This document shows, in pieces, positions 29,755 through 40,354 of a stretch of 64,000 nucleotides of DNA (position 1 is the first letter of the stretch; every line of letters begins with the position of its first letter). The DNA lies in contig DAIDIP010000005.1 of NCBI GenBank assembly GCA_027451745.1, positions 61,505 to 125,504 on the forward strand, written 5' to 3'. Source of the DNA: Candidatus Melainabacteria bacterium (GTDB taxonomy: Bacteria; Cyanobacteriota; Vampirovibrionia; Obscuribacterales; Obscuribacteraceae). Under the pieces are notes generated by a model, which was not told where the DNA came from, searched no databases, and saw nothing but the letters and a program-made list of their open reading frames with translations. A program made the translations under genes and the position numbers.

Positions 29755-30186
29755 CTAATTATTTATAGAATGCTTACGACGCTTAATTAGTTCCGCCGCT
29801 TTTAAGCGGGCAACAGCTCTAGCAATAGCCATTTCGGATATATATACATCAAGCTTGTCTGCACGCTGTGTCTTTTCTGCTTCAGCACGTTCTTTTGCTT
29901 GGTGTGCCCTTGCTTCGTCAATTTCTACATCTAATTCTGCTGAATCACTAAGAACACGAACTCGATCACCTGTTATCTCTAGCAACCCACCAATTACAGC
30001 TGCAGCAGATTCATACCCTTTAGTCTTAAAGCGAACAACATCAATTGCTAAAGCAGTAGTGAGCGGCTCATGCTCAGGCAAAATAGTTAGCTCACCATCA
30101 ATAGCGCATGCACTTACTTGTTCAACTTCTTGATCAAGCACTACTCTATCTGGTGTAATAATTTGCAGTTTCAATGTTCCAGCCAT
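29755..30186 (-). CDS. atpC: F0F1 ATP synthase subunit epsilon
   Basis: N-terminal LKLQIITPDRVVLDQEVEQV beta-sandwich pattern and a C-terminal helical hairpin. AGGAG 8 nt upstream. Confidence 0.9.
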   Translation of the reverse strand: MAGTLKLQIITPDRVVLDQEVEQVSACAIDGELTILPEHEPLTTALAIDVVRFKTKGYESAAAVIGGLLEITGDRVRVLSDSAELDVEIDEARAHQAKERAEAEKTQRADKLDVYISEMAIARAVARLKAAELIKRRKHSINN

Positions 30187-30213
30187 TCAAATTCTCCTAG
30201 TCCAACTTTATGA

Positions 30214-30837
30214 TTAACTAGCTAAAGTTGTAATTGTGATTTTATTGTCGACCACACCAGGCACGGTACTATTTTTGTGATAAATAATCTCATCAATAAT
30301 TCCGTAATCGAGAGCCTCTTTAGAAGACAAATAATGATCGCGTTCGATATCCTTGCGAATCCTTGCTTTGTCTTGTCCAGTGCAACGATGCAATAGCTCT
30401 ATTTGTGCTTCTCTAAAACGTTGTCCTTGAGCAGCTTGAATTTCCAGATTGGTGATATCACCATCTGCTTCCCACAAAGTTTGATGGAACATCAGTGTAG
30501 CAAATTCGTAAGCACTACGTGCTCCAGTTCCTGCAGCTAATATTTCACATGCACCAGAAAGAGCATGCCCCAAACATATTGTATTTACAGGAGCTTCCAT
30601 AGAGTGCATTACAGCAATGATGGCATCAGCATTGTAGCCATTTCCGCCAGCAGAGTTAATGAACAAGTTTATTGGTTCTATTGAGGCTTGATCAAATTTG
30701 AGCAATCGTTTTACAACAGGCAAAGCAATCTCGTTTTCAAGACGTCCAAAAAGATATATATTTCTTTGTCCGCTTGTTTTACCACTTCCATCCACCACAG
30801 ACTGTTCATCATATTCAATTTGATGCTTCTTTTTCAT
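30214..30837 (-). CDS. ClpP-family (S14) serine protease paralog with a divergent N-terminus
   Basis: Aligns with ClpP from RNIYLFGRL onward: INSAGG (INSPGG), GHALSGA (Ser), LMFHQT (His), IERDHYLSSKEALDYGIIDEI (Asp). It lacks the canonical N-terminal loop and DIYSRLL motif. Confidence 0.85.
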   Translation of the reverse strand: MKKKHQIEYDEQSVVDGSGKTSGQRNIYLFGRLENEIALPVVKRLLKFDQASIEPINLFINSAGGNGYNADAIIAVMHSMEAPVNTICLGHALSGACEILAAGTGARSAYEFATLMFHQTLWEADGDITNLEIQAAQGQRFREAQIELLHRCTGQDKARIRKDIERDHYLSSKEALDYGIIDEIIYHKNSTVPGVVDNKITITTLAS

Positions 30838-30865
30838 AACGCCCTGCTTTCATAAGTTAATGGGA

Positions 30866-32293
<1,428 letters not shown>

Positions 32294-32499
32294 TTAGACT
32301 CCAAGAAAAGTAGATATAGATGATGTATAGATCTTACCAGCCAACTTAACGCTTTTCTCCAATTCGTACCTTTCTTTTATGATCCTTTGCGTTTATATAT
32401 TGATCAGGATAAATAATGGTAAGCTCTCCTAACGGACTTCATAGGAATCTAAGTGGTTCGACTTTTTAATATTAAAGATTTGTCTTTAAGGAATGAGAT

Positions 32500-32853
32500 A
32501 TGACTAATCAAACCCCAGCAGAGCAAGATGAGACCCTAATTACGTTAGAAGGCGATGACGGCCTTTCATACTCGTGCCAATTAATTGATGTTTTTGAATT
32601 TGAGAAACAAGAATATGCCTTGCTTCTAAAAATAACTGAGGCTGGTAAAGGCTTAGCTACCAAAGCTAAAGAAGAAGAGCCCGGTGAAGGCTCTTTAGTT
32701 GTGATGCGACTAATGCAGCGCGATGATCAATGCATTTTTCAAACTATTGAAGACGATCAAGAATTTGAGCGCGTCATAGCTTATATAGAAGAATTGGCCC
32801 AAGAAAGTTTAAATGAAACTGCTGATCAAATAGCTAAATCAGAACAGGTTTAA
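32500..32853 (+). CDS. DUF1292-like small acidic protein
   Basis: Pattern ITLEGDDGLSYSCQLIDVFEFEKQEYALLL...VVMRL...IEDDQEFERVIAYIEEL resembles DUF1292/UPF0473. The stop overlaps the next ATG (TAATG at 32851..32855). Confidence 0.5.
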   Translation: MTNQTPAEQDETLITLEGDDGLSYSCQLIDVFEFEKQEYALLLKITEAGKGLATKAKEEEPGEGSLVVMRLMQRDDQCIFQTIEDDQEFERVIAYIEELAQESLNETADQIAKSEQV

Positions 32854-35354
32854 TGCCCGTACTCAGTTCGCATCTTGACTGGAAACATCCTATTTCAAAA
32901 GTCTCGGATTTAGACAATCCGAATCTCTATACATTTTTCAATCCAATTCAAGAGTTCCTTAAATATAAGGCGGCTCTCTGCGTCTTTTTATTGACAATAG
33001 TATGGCTCTTCTGCATACCACCATGCGATGTGTCCATGATTAACCTACCGTCAATATTCTCAGACAATATGATCCTTCAGCGTGGACAACCTATAGTTAT
33101 CTGGGGGACAGCAACACCCAAACTACCTGTAAAGATAAAACTTGGCACAAACGAAGCTACCGTGGTGCCAGATATAACTGGAAATTGGCTAGTCAAGCTA
33201 CCTCCTATGTCAGCAGGAAGTAATTACATTTTGTCTATCACCGGTTTAGGCACTATATACGATACCGTTATTCATAATGTTGCCATTGGAGATATATGGC
33301 TCTGTGCAGGGCAATCCAATATGAAAATGAAAATGAAAGAAGCGCTTCATTCAAGTGCAGATATAAATAAAGCTAACTCTTCAACGATTCGTTTTTTTCA
33401 AATCAAGCTAAATCTTTCCGACGTCCCACAAAAAACTGTTTCTGGAAGCTGGCGTCCGGCTGAACCATCCACCGTGCAAGAATTCTCAGCAGTTGCCTAC
33501 TATTTCGCACATGAACTGACTCAAAAAACAAAAATTCCTATCGGCATAATAGAATGCACGTCCGGGGGAACAATTAAGGACTGGATGAGTCAAAATTCTT
33601 TAGCGGGAATCCCGAGGCATACCAAAGAACTATTCACATCAGCGGTCTATAACGGAATGATCGCTCCCATAAAGGGATACGGTCTCAAAGGAATTGTTTG
33701 GTACAAGGGAGAGACTGATGCTTTCTATACTCTTGGGTACGAGAAATTACTATCTATCCTTGTCCAAGATTGGCGAAAGATCTGGAACATAGGGACTATT
33801 CCCTTTCTCTGTGTTCAGCTTCCTAATTATCCAAACCGCTGCAACTTTACTGCGAATAGTGCTTTTGCATTAATAAGAGAAGCTCAATTTAAATGTTCAA
33901 AAACGATTCCGAATTTTTATTTGGTGACAACAATAGACACCGCTGAAAGTACTGGTGGACTGCATCCTAAATGCAAAAGAGAAATAGGACACCGGTTAGC
34001 TCAGATCGCATATTCTAACTTATATTCAAATTTCTTCGTTCCCACCAATTTAACCTATAAATCAATCGAGTTTGCAAATCACAAATGCTTGCTTCACTTT
34101 GCACCAGCTCAAGTTTTTGCTAAGACCGAAAATGTGACTGGCTTCGAAGTAGCTGGGAAAGATCAAATATTCTATCCAGCTAGAGCGCAAATCTCAGAAA
34201 GCAACCACGACATAATTATTTGTAGTGATAAAGTAGATTTACCAGTCGCAGTTAGGTATGCATGGGCTGATAATCCAAAATGTGATTTATACAGCGAAGC
34301 TCGCTTACCCATTTCTCCCTTTCGATCTGATTCCTGGTTGCCCCCAACTTTAAACAATGCTAAGCCGGCTAGCTATTGGCTCAAAAAGGCCTACACTGCT
34401 GAAACTACAGCACCCGACATTGTTGTCTTAGGAAATGATCAACTCTTGGCTTTAACTGGTGCTGATGCTTATGTTTACCACAGGTCCATCGACATAACAG
34501 GGAACCATCGTTCACAGGTATTGGAACACGATTTCTATGGGCTTTTGAATAAGAAATTTAGCGTTCTAATAGGTGCCCTCCCAAAAGCTAATATTTCAGA
34601 TTTGTTAATCGTTAGTAGATCACTATTCTCAGCACATTACAAACCGAAGCTAGTAGCAATAGGAATCTCTCCCAAGGAATTTATTGATACAAGTAGCGTT
34701 TGCCCCAATAACAGTGACGTATATAATTTCTTCGCAAAAGACAATGCTTTAGGGCAGGAATTAAAACCTGTAATGACAGACAATTTATCTTTCATCGATA
34801 TGCTGAAAAATCTTTTGACAAACTGGGATTTGGCCATACGCCAACAAAGCAATGCAGATCAATTTTGTTCACTGTCCTGGGAAAATTCTTCGCAATGCAT
34901 ATATCCAAATGGTTTTATGATAGAACCAACAGATGGTTTTGTTTACAGAAACAATTTAAAAGAATATCAGCAGCGTTACAACAAACCATTTTCTCCTCGA
35001 CTCAAACAACAGTTGAACTGTCTCGATGGCTTGCTAAATTTCTTAAGACAACAACATATTCTAGCTACTGTATTCGACCTTCCATTAACAGAAGACAATC
35101 GGAAACTTCTGCCCACAAACTTCGCACAATTTTATTACGATCAAACCATAGCTATCTGCAAAAAAAACCAAGCAGACATAATTATGCTGGATGCTGATTG
35201 GAAAGCATTTAATAGTGCTGATTTTATTGATAGCGCACACTTGAATTTACCGGGAGGGTTAAAGCTTAGCCGTCCGATTGCATTGTTTAGCGCAAATAAA
35301 TTCAAGTGGAGAACTTTCAAACAGTTACGTCAGAACGAAACAAAAATGTATTAA
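32853..35354 (+). CDS. Fusion protein: N-terminal TM + sialate O-acetylesterase (SASA/DUF303) domain + roughly 330-aa C-terminal domain of unknown family
   Basis: SASA motifs GDIWLCAGQSNM, IVWYKGETD, GLHPKCKREIGHRLA. The C-terminal part has VVLGNDQLL near its start and FIDSAHLN (DxxH) near its end. Confidence 0.7.
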   Translation: MPVLSSHLDWKHPISKVSDLDNPNLYTFFNPIQEFLKYKAALCVFLLTIVWLFCIPPCDVSMINLPSIFSDNMILQRGQPIVIWGTATPKLPVKIKLGTNEATVVPDITGNWLVKLPPMSAGSNYILSITGLGTIYDTVIHNVAIGDIWLCAGQSNMKMKMKEALHSSADINKANSSTIRFFQIKLNLSDVPQKTVSGSWRPAEPSTVQEFSAVAYYFAHELTQKTKIPIGIIECTSGGTIKDWMSQNSLAGIPRHTKELFTSAVYNGMIAPIKGYGLKGIVWYKGETDAFYTLGYEKLLSILVQDWRKIWNIGTIPFLCVQLPNYPNRCNFTANSAFALIREAQFKCSKTIPNFYLVTTIDTAESTGGLHPKCKREIGHRLAQIAYSNLYSNFFVPTNLTYKSIEFANHKCLLHFAPAQVFAKTENVTGFEVAGKDQIFYPARAQISESNHDIIICSDKVDLPVAVRYAWADNPKCDLYSEARLPISPFRSDSWLPPTLNNAKPASYWLKKAYTAETTAPDIVVLGNDQLLALTGADAYVYHRSIDITGNHRSQVLEHDFYGLLNKKFSVLIGALPKANISDLLIVSRSLFSAHYKPKLVAIGISPKEFIDTSSVCPNNSDVYNFFAKDNALGQELKPVMTDNLSFIDMLKNLLTNWDLAIRQQSNADQFCSLSWENSSQCIYPNGFMIEPTDGFVYRNNLKEYQQRYNKPFSPRLKQQLNCLDGLLNFLRQQHILATVFDLPLTEDNRKLLPTNFAQFYYDQTIAICKKNQADIIMLDADWKAFNSADFIDSAHLNLPGGLKLSRPIALFSANKFKWRTFKQLRQNETKMY

Positions 35355-35497
35355 CTAATTTCGTCCGATAATATGCGTGCATGGTAAAACTTAAACTTCG
35401 CCTGATTATGATTCGAATTTGACCTCCTCGGGAATGAATATCAAAGACGTTGATCTATATTAGCAGTCAGTCAACTTACCCTCATAAAGAGCTGCCT

Positions 35498-36778
35498 ATG
35501 AAATACTACAACGGCTTTGGACACCCTAGAAGAAAGCATTTGTCTGTCTTATCTATGCTAGTGATGACTTACGCTTATTTTTTATATCCGTATCAGCCTC
35601 CACTAATAGCCTCAAATCTCTCCAAAGAATCCTTCCCAACAATAAGAATCGAAGCTCTACAAGCACAAAGCGATGGTGATCTCGACAAAGCCGATAAGCT
35701 GTATTCTCAAGCACTCGCAGAAGCAGAGAACTGCCATTATGCTGCGAAAATAATAGAATTTATAAGTCGACTAGTGCAAGTAAAAATAGTCAATCACCAA
35801 CTGGAACAAACGGATAAATTGGTTCAAGAGGCGCTAAAGCTATTCCAGACTACTAATAGAAATACGGCAAGTGATTCTAATCTCTCTGTGTGGATGGATG
35901 ATATGGCGAAAGCTTTCATTTCGAGAGCCGAACATTCTTCCAGAGAAGATGTTAAAGAATATTGTGTTAAGCACTACATAGATATTGAGCTAGCTACCGG
36001 AAATCAGTATGATCCTTTACTGGTTGGAAGAATTCATCTATTCACGACATATTTACAGCACGATGGACGATACCAGGAAGATTTGCCATACGAGGAAAAG
36101 CTCGTTCAGTATATTAGTAAAACGAGACCAACTGACCTAGCACTTATTGCACAAGCACATTTCACACTGTGCAATATCTTTCTCCTAGCACATAAAACGC
36201 CAGAAGCAAGAGCAGCTATTCATGAATGGTTTTCTATCAAAAGTAGGATTGGGCACGTTTTAGGTGACGAAGCAGCTCTTGCTTGGGAAAACGGGCTTAT
36301 AAGTTTAGAAGAAGGGAATTTGAGAACAGCAGCAAGTATGTGTCAGAGTGCGCTTCTAACACAAAAACATTGCGTAACGACACCTGTAGTAGTCACAGGA
36401 ATGTATGAAGCCATACTGGGTTATATAGAGAAGCGATTAAATAATCAAAAAAATGCCGAACAATTACTGAAAGAAAGTTTGGATTGCTTCGAAAAATGCT
36501 CACTCCCGGAAATTAATGCCACCAATAAATTCATCCATCCAGAAGGTTTATTATATTCAGGTAAAGTCTTTGCAGCAGAACATTTAGCTCAAATATATCA
36601 AGAGCAAGGAAATAAAGCTTATACTCACAACTTAGAAATGAAGGCAGAGAAAATATGCAATGAAAACACACATTGGGCAGCATCAAAAAATCCAGATCCA
36701 AGTAGGTTCTATATCTTTAGCGGACACTTTCCTTTTCCAATCGATATCGCTCCAGCACGCGTTAATTTAGGGCTGTAG
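35498..36778 (+). CDS. Hypothetical helical-repeat (TPR-like) protein with an N-terminal hydrophobic segment
   Basis: TPR-like segments (DGDLDKADKLYSQALAEAE...). The track ORF starts at a TTG at 35450; the ATG at 35498 is preferred. Confidence 0.5.
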   Translation: MKYYNGFGHPRRKHLSVLSMLVMTYAYFLYPYQPPLIASNLSKESFPTIRIEALQAQSDGDLDKADKLYSQALAEAENCHYAAKIIEFISRLVQVKIVNHQLEQTDKLVQEALKLFQTTNRNTASDSNLSVWMDDMAKAFISRAEHSSREDVKEYCVKHYIDIELATGNQYDPLLVGRIHLFTTYLQHDGRYQEDLPYEEKLVQYISKTRPTDLALIAQAHFTLCNIFLLAHKTPEARAAIHEWFSIKSRIGHVLGDEAALAWENGLISLEEGNLRTAASMCQSALLTQKHCVTTPVVVTGMYEAILGYIEKRLNNQKNAEQLLKESLDCFEKCSLPEINATNKFIHPEGLLYSGKVFAAEHLAQIYQEQGNKAYTHNLEMKAEKICNENTHWAASKNPDPSRFYIFSGHFPFPIDIAPARVNLGL

Positions 36779-36811
36779 CCAATTAATATAGATACAATTT
36801 TTTGAATTGCT

Positions 36812-38626
36812 ATGAAATTTACTCTCACACAAAAAGGCATAGTCTTAGTCTCAATTCCCTTGGTTTTCGAACTACTATTTGTATCGGCTCTTAGTCTCTT
36901 GTTAATACAAGCAGAGGGAGAATCTTCTAAGGCTTTTCATGCATCAAGAATTGGTGATTGTTCTAATGTACTCATTAGAGACCTTTTTGAACTGGTATCT
37001 ATAACGAGAGGAGATATTTCTCAAACTTTATCTTCAGACTGGTACAAAAGTACAATTGCAACAATTAAGGCGGATTTAAATGAACTTCAAATCGCTGCCA
37101 AAGGAAACAGTACCCAAGAACATGTTGTGGAAGAATCAGTAGAAGCAGGAGAAGAAGCTCTTTTTCTCTTAGAACAAGTACGCAAAGCATCAGAATCGGG
37201 AAATCCTCTTTTAGTGATGGTTAAGTTCAATAAGTTAAAGGAAGAGCTACAATCTTGTGTCAAACGTATGATCTCACGCGATCTTATCGAAATGGCTCAA
37301 TCCGAAAAACTAGTAGCAGAAAAAAGCCACGAAAAACAGCTAGGTTTTCGAAATCAAATTAAGTCCTTATTAATAGCAGGCTTAATTTTAAATGTATTTA
37401 TTACAGTTTTTGTAGCACTCATTTTTAGTAAAAAAGTCATTGCTCGCCTAAACATTATTGTTGATAATAACTTTCGATTAGCCAGTGGTTTACCTTTAAA
37501 CGATCCGGTTAAAGGTTCAGATGAAATCGCGAATCTGGATACAACATTCCACGAATTAACCGCATCACTCGCCAAAGTAAAACAGCGAGAGAAATCCATG
37601 ATTGAACATTCTGCCGATGCTATATGCTCATTGAATGCTGATGGTAATGTCGCTTCGGCAAATCCGGCTTGCAACTATGTTTTGGGATATTCAGAAGATG
37701 CTCTGATTGGAATGAATGTGAGAAGTATAGTTGTAGAAGAAGATGTGGAAGCATTTAGCCAATCTCTCTCTTCAGCTATGTCTGACAATAGTGAAATAAC
37801 TATTGAATCTCGTATAAGAAAACAATCTGGAGAAATAATTGATGTCCTTTGGTCAATTCATTGGGTAAACTCAGAAAATTCGTTCTTTTGTGTTGGACAT
37901 GACATTACTGCCAGAAAGGAACTGGAAAGGCTAAAGCAAAAGTTTATGGCAATGATCAGCCATGATTTAAGAACACCACTGTCGACTATAGTAAATTATT
38001 TAGAAATGCTGGACACTGGGCTATTCGGTGAACTAAATGAGAGAGGAGATCATTTACTAAAGATAGCGCAAAGCAATCTTCATCGCATGCTTTGTTTGAT
38101 AAATGATCTCCTCGATTTAGAGAAAGCCGAGTTTGGGGGTCTTAAACTAAATTGTTCAAAACAAAATTTGCATGATCTTGTAGAACAATCCGTTAAGACT
38201 GTTAGCAACATGGCATTTAGGAAGCAAGTACACATAGAAGTAGCAACCGAGAATTTATCCGTGTCAGTTGACAACAACCGAGTATCGCAAATCTTAATCA
38301 ATTTATTGAGTAATGCAATAAAGTTTTCGCCCAATAATGGGATCATCAAAGTAAGGACCGAAGAAAAAGAGCATATGGCCTTTGTTTATATTGCCGATCA
38401 AGGAAGAGGCATCCCCGAAGACATGAAGGAGGCTATTTTTGAACATTTTCAACAGGTAGAAGTGGCGGATTCAGTTGATAAAGGTGGCAGCGGTCTAGGC
38501 TTGGCAATATGCAAAACTCTTGTGGAATTGCATGGGGGCAAAATCAAGGCTGAAAACAATCTTGACAAAGGAAGCACTTTTTCATTTAGCCTTCCTTTAA
38601 CCACAAAGAACAGGGCTATAGCCTAG
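36812..38626 (+). CDS. Sensor histidine kinase (TM - helical sensor - TM - HAMP - PAS - HisKA - HATPase_c)
   Basis: H-box MISHDLRTPL, N-box LINLLSNAIKFSP, G1 DQGRGI, G2 GGSGLGLAICK. PAS-like segment after the second TM. No adjacent response regulator. Confidence 0.9.
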   Translation: MKFTLTQKGIVLVSIPLVFELLFVSALSLLLIQAEGESSKAFHASRIGDCSNVLIRDLFELVSITRGDISQTLSSDWYKSTIATIKADLNELQIAAKGNSTQEHVVEESVEAGEEALFLLEQVRKASESGNPLLVMVKFNKLKEELQSCVKRMISRDLIEMAQSEKLVAEKSHEKQLGFRNQIKSLLIAGLILNVFITVFVALIFSKKVIARLNIIVDNNFRLASGLPLNDPVKGSDEIANLDTTFHELTASLAKVKQREKSMIEHSADAICSLNADGNVASANPACNYVLGYSEDALIGMNVRSIVVEEDVEAFSQSLSSAMSDNSEITIESRIRKQSGEIIDVLWSIHWVNSENSFFCVGHDITARKELERLKQKFMAMISHDLRTPLSTIVNYLEMLDTGLFGELNERGDHLLKIAQSNLHRMLCLINDLLDLEKAEFGGLKLNCSKQNLHDLVEQSVKTVSNMAFRKQVHIEVATENLSVSVDNNRVSQILINLLSNAIKFSPNNGIIKVRTEEKEHMAFVYIADQGRGIPEDMKEAIFEHFQQVEVADSVDKGGSGLGLAICKTLVELHGGKIKAENNLDKGSTFSFSLPLTTKNRAIA

Positions 38627-40145
38627 TCTCTTGGCGTCCTTCTTTTGTTTCTTGAACAAGAGGCTTCATAGTAGGGAAAGCAATGACATCACGAATTGAT
38701 ATGCTATTGGTCAATAACATCACCAGTCTGTCTATTCCAACGCCCAGTCCCATAGTAGGCGGCATGCCATATTCAAGCGCCAATAAGAAATCTTGATCCA
38801 TTGGCATGGCCTCTAAATCCCCAGCCGCCTTTTTGCGAGCCTGTTCTTCTAACCGTTTTCTTTGATCTAGTGGATCGTTCAACTCGCTGTAGCCGTTGGC
38901 AAGTTCGCGTCCTAATGCGAACAATTCAAAACGTTCCACTTCACCAGTATTCTTTCTGTGTGCCTTGGTTAAAGGTGAAACTTCAACAGGATAATCAATA
39001 ATAAAAGTTGGATGCAACAATGTATGCTCAACCAAGGCTTCAAATACTTCATTAACAATTGCCCCGCGATTTTCTAAATCTTTTACTTCAACTCCCAATT
39101 TAAGAGCAGCTACCTTTGCATCCTCATAAGTTGTTATGTTAGTGAAATCAACCCCTGTCACGCCTTTAATGGCATCGACCATACGCAAGCGCTTCCAGGG
39201 TCTAGCAAAATTTATTTCTTTCCCTTCAAAAACAACTGGCATGCCACTACATATAGCATCATGAGCACAAACAAGCATTTCTTCAGTAAAGTCCATTAGC
39301 TCATTATAATCACCATATGCAGCATAAAGCTCCAGCATAGTGAATTCGGGATTGTGACGGGTACTTATACCTTCATTACGAAAAATACGGCCTAGCTCAT
39401 AAACTCTTTCAAATCCCCCAACAATCAACCGCTTTAAATGTAATTCTGTGGCAATGCGTAAATAAAGATCAATACCTAAAGCATTGTGGTGAGTGATAAA
39501 AGGACGTGCATCCGCTCCACCAGCTTCGACTTGTAAAACAGGGGTTTCAATCTCAAAGAAACCTCTGTTATCAAGAAAATCTCTAATAGCTTTTATTACT
39601 AAACTACGTTTACGAAAAGTTTCTCTAACTTCCGGATTGATAATCATATCGACGTATCTGTGTCGATAACGTGCTTCCACATCAGTAAAGCCTTGCCAGC
39701 TATCTGGTAAAGGCTGCAAACTTTTAGTCAAAATATCGTAACTATTGACTTTTACAGAAAGCTCACCTTGTTTGGTTCTTCTGATGGTGCCAGTAGCACC
39801 AAGAAAATCTCCTTTGTCACAAAGACGCAAACGCTTTAAATCTTGCTCGGACAAATTTTCTTTATGACAAAAAAGCTGGATTTTTCCACTTTCATCATAT
39901 AAATCGACAAACATCCACGTATTGCGCTCATTCATTATTCGCCCGCAAACTTTGACTACATCCTGTGTTTCTTCACCAGGAGCCAAACCTTCATATATTT
40001 TTTGCAATTGTTCTGCCTTGTGGGTACGCCCAAAAGCATATGGATAGGGATTTACTCCTTCTTCTTGTAAAGACTTAAGCTTGCGCAATCGCTCAGCTCT
40101 TAATCGATTATTCTCATTCTCGTCTATTGACAAAATACACTCCAA
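38616..40145 (-). CDS. lysS: Lysine--tRNA ligase, class II
   Basis: OB-fold N-terminal domain and class II motifs (FFEIETPVL, RIFRNEGISTRHNPEFTMLE, GLGVGIDRLVMLL). TTG start in the track. The 3' end overlaps the convergent kinase gene by 11 bp. Confidence 0.95.
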   Translation of the reverse strand: MECILSIDENENNRLRAERLRKLKSLQEEGVNPYPYAFGRTHKAEQLQKIYEGLAPGEETQDVVKVCGRIMNERNTWMFVDLYDESGKIQLFCHKENLSEQDLKRLRLCDKGDFLGATGTIRRTKQGELSVKVNSYDILTKSLQPLPDSWQGFTDVEARYRHRYVDMIINPEVRETFRKRSLVIKAIRDFLDNRGFFEIETPVLQVEAGGADARPFITHHNALGIDLYLRIATELHLKRLIVGGFERVYELGRIFRNEGISTRHNPEFTMLELYAAYGDYNELMDFTEEMLVCAHDAICSGMPVVFEGKEINFARPWKRLRMVDAIKGVTGVDFTNITTYEDAKVAALKLGVEVKDLENRGAIVNEVFEALVEHTLLHPTFIIDYPVEVSPLTKAHRKNTGEVERFELFALGRELANGYSELNDPLDQRKRLEEQARKKAAGDLEAMPMDQDFLLALEYGMPPTMGLGVGIDRLVMLLTNSISIRDVIAFPTMKPLVQETKEGRQETRL

Positions 40146-40354
40146 AACTACTAGTCTTGCTAATGCAAGCAGCTATTGGGTAATGCTAAAATTCTTATAC
40201 TAAGAATCGCGACAGCTCTATCTTAGAGCATAAACTAAAAGAGCGATCACTTGCTAAAATCACTATTTACTATTTGTCCACAATATTGGGCTTGATGTAA
40301 TAAGCACCATATTGTTAGACAGAAAAAAGATCCAACCGGGGTAATTAATAACAT

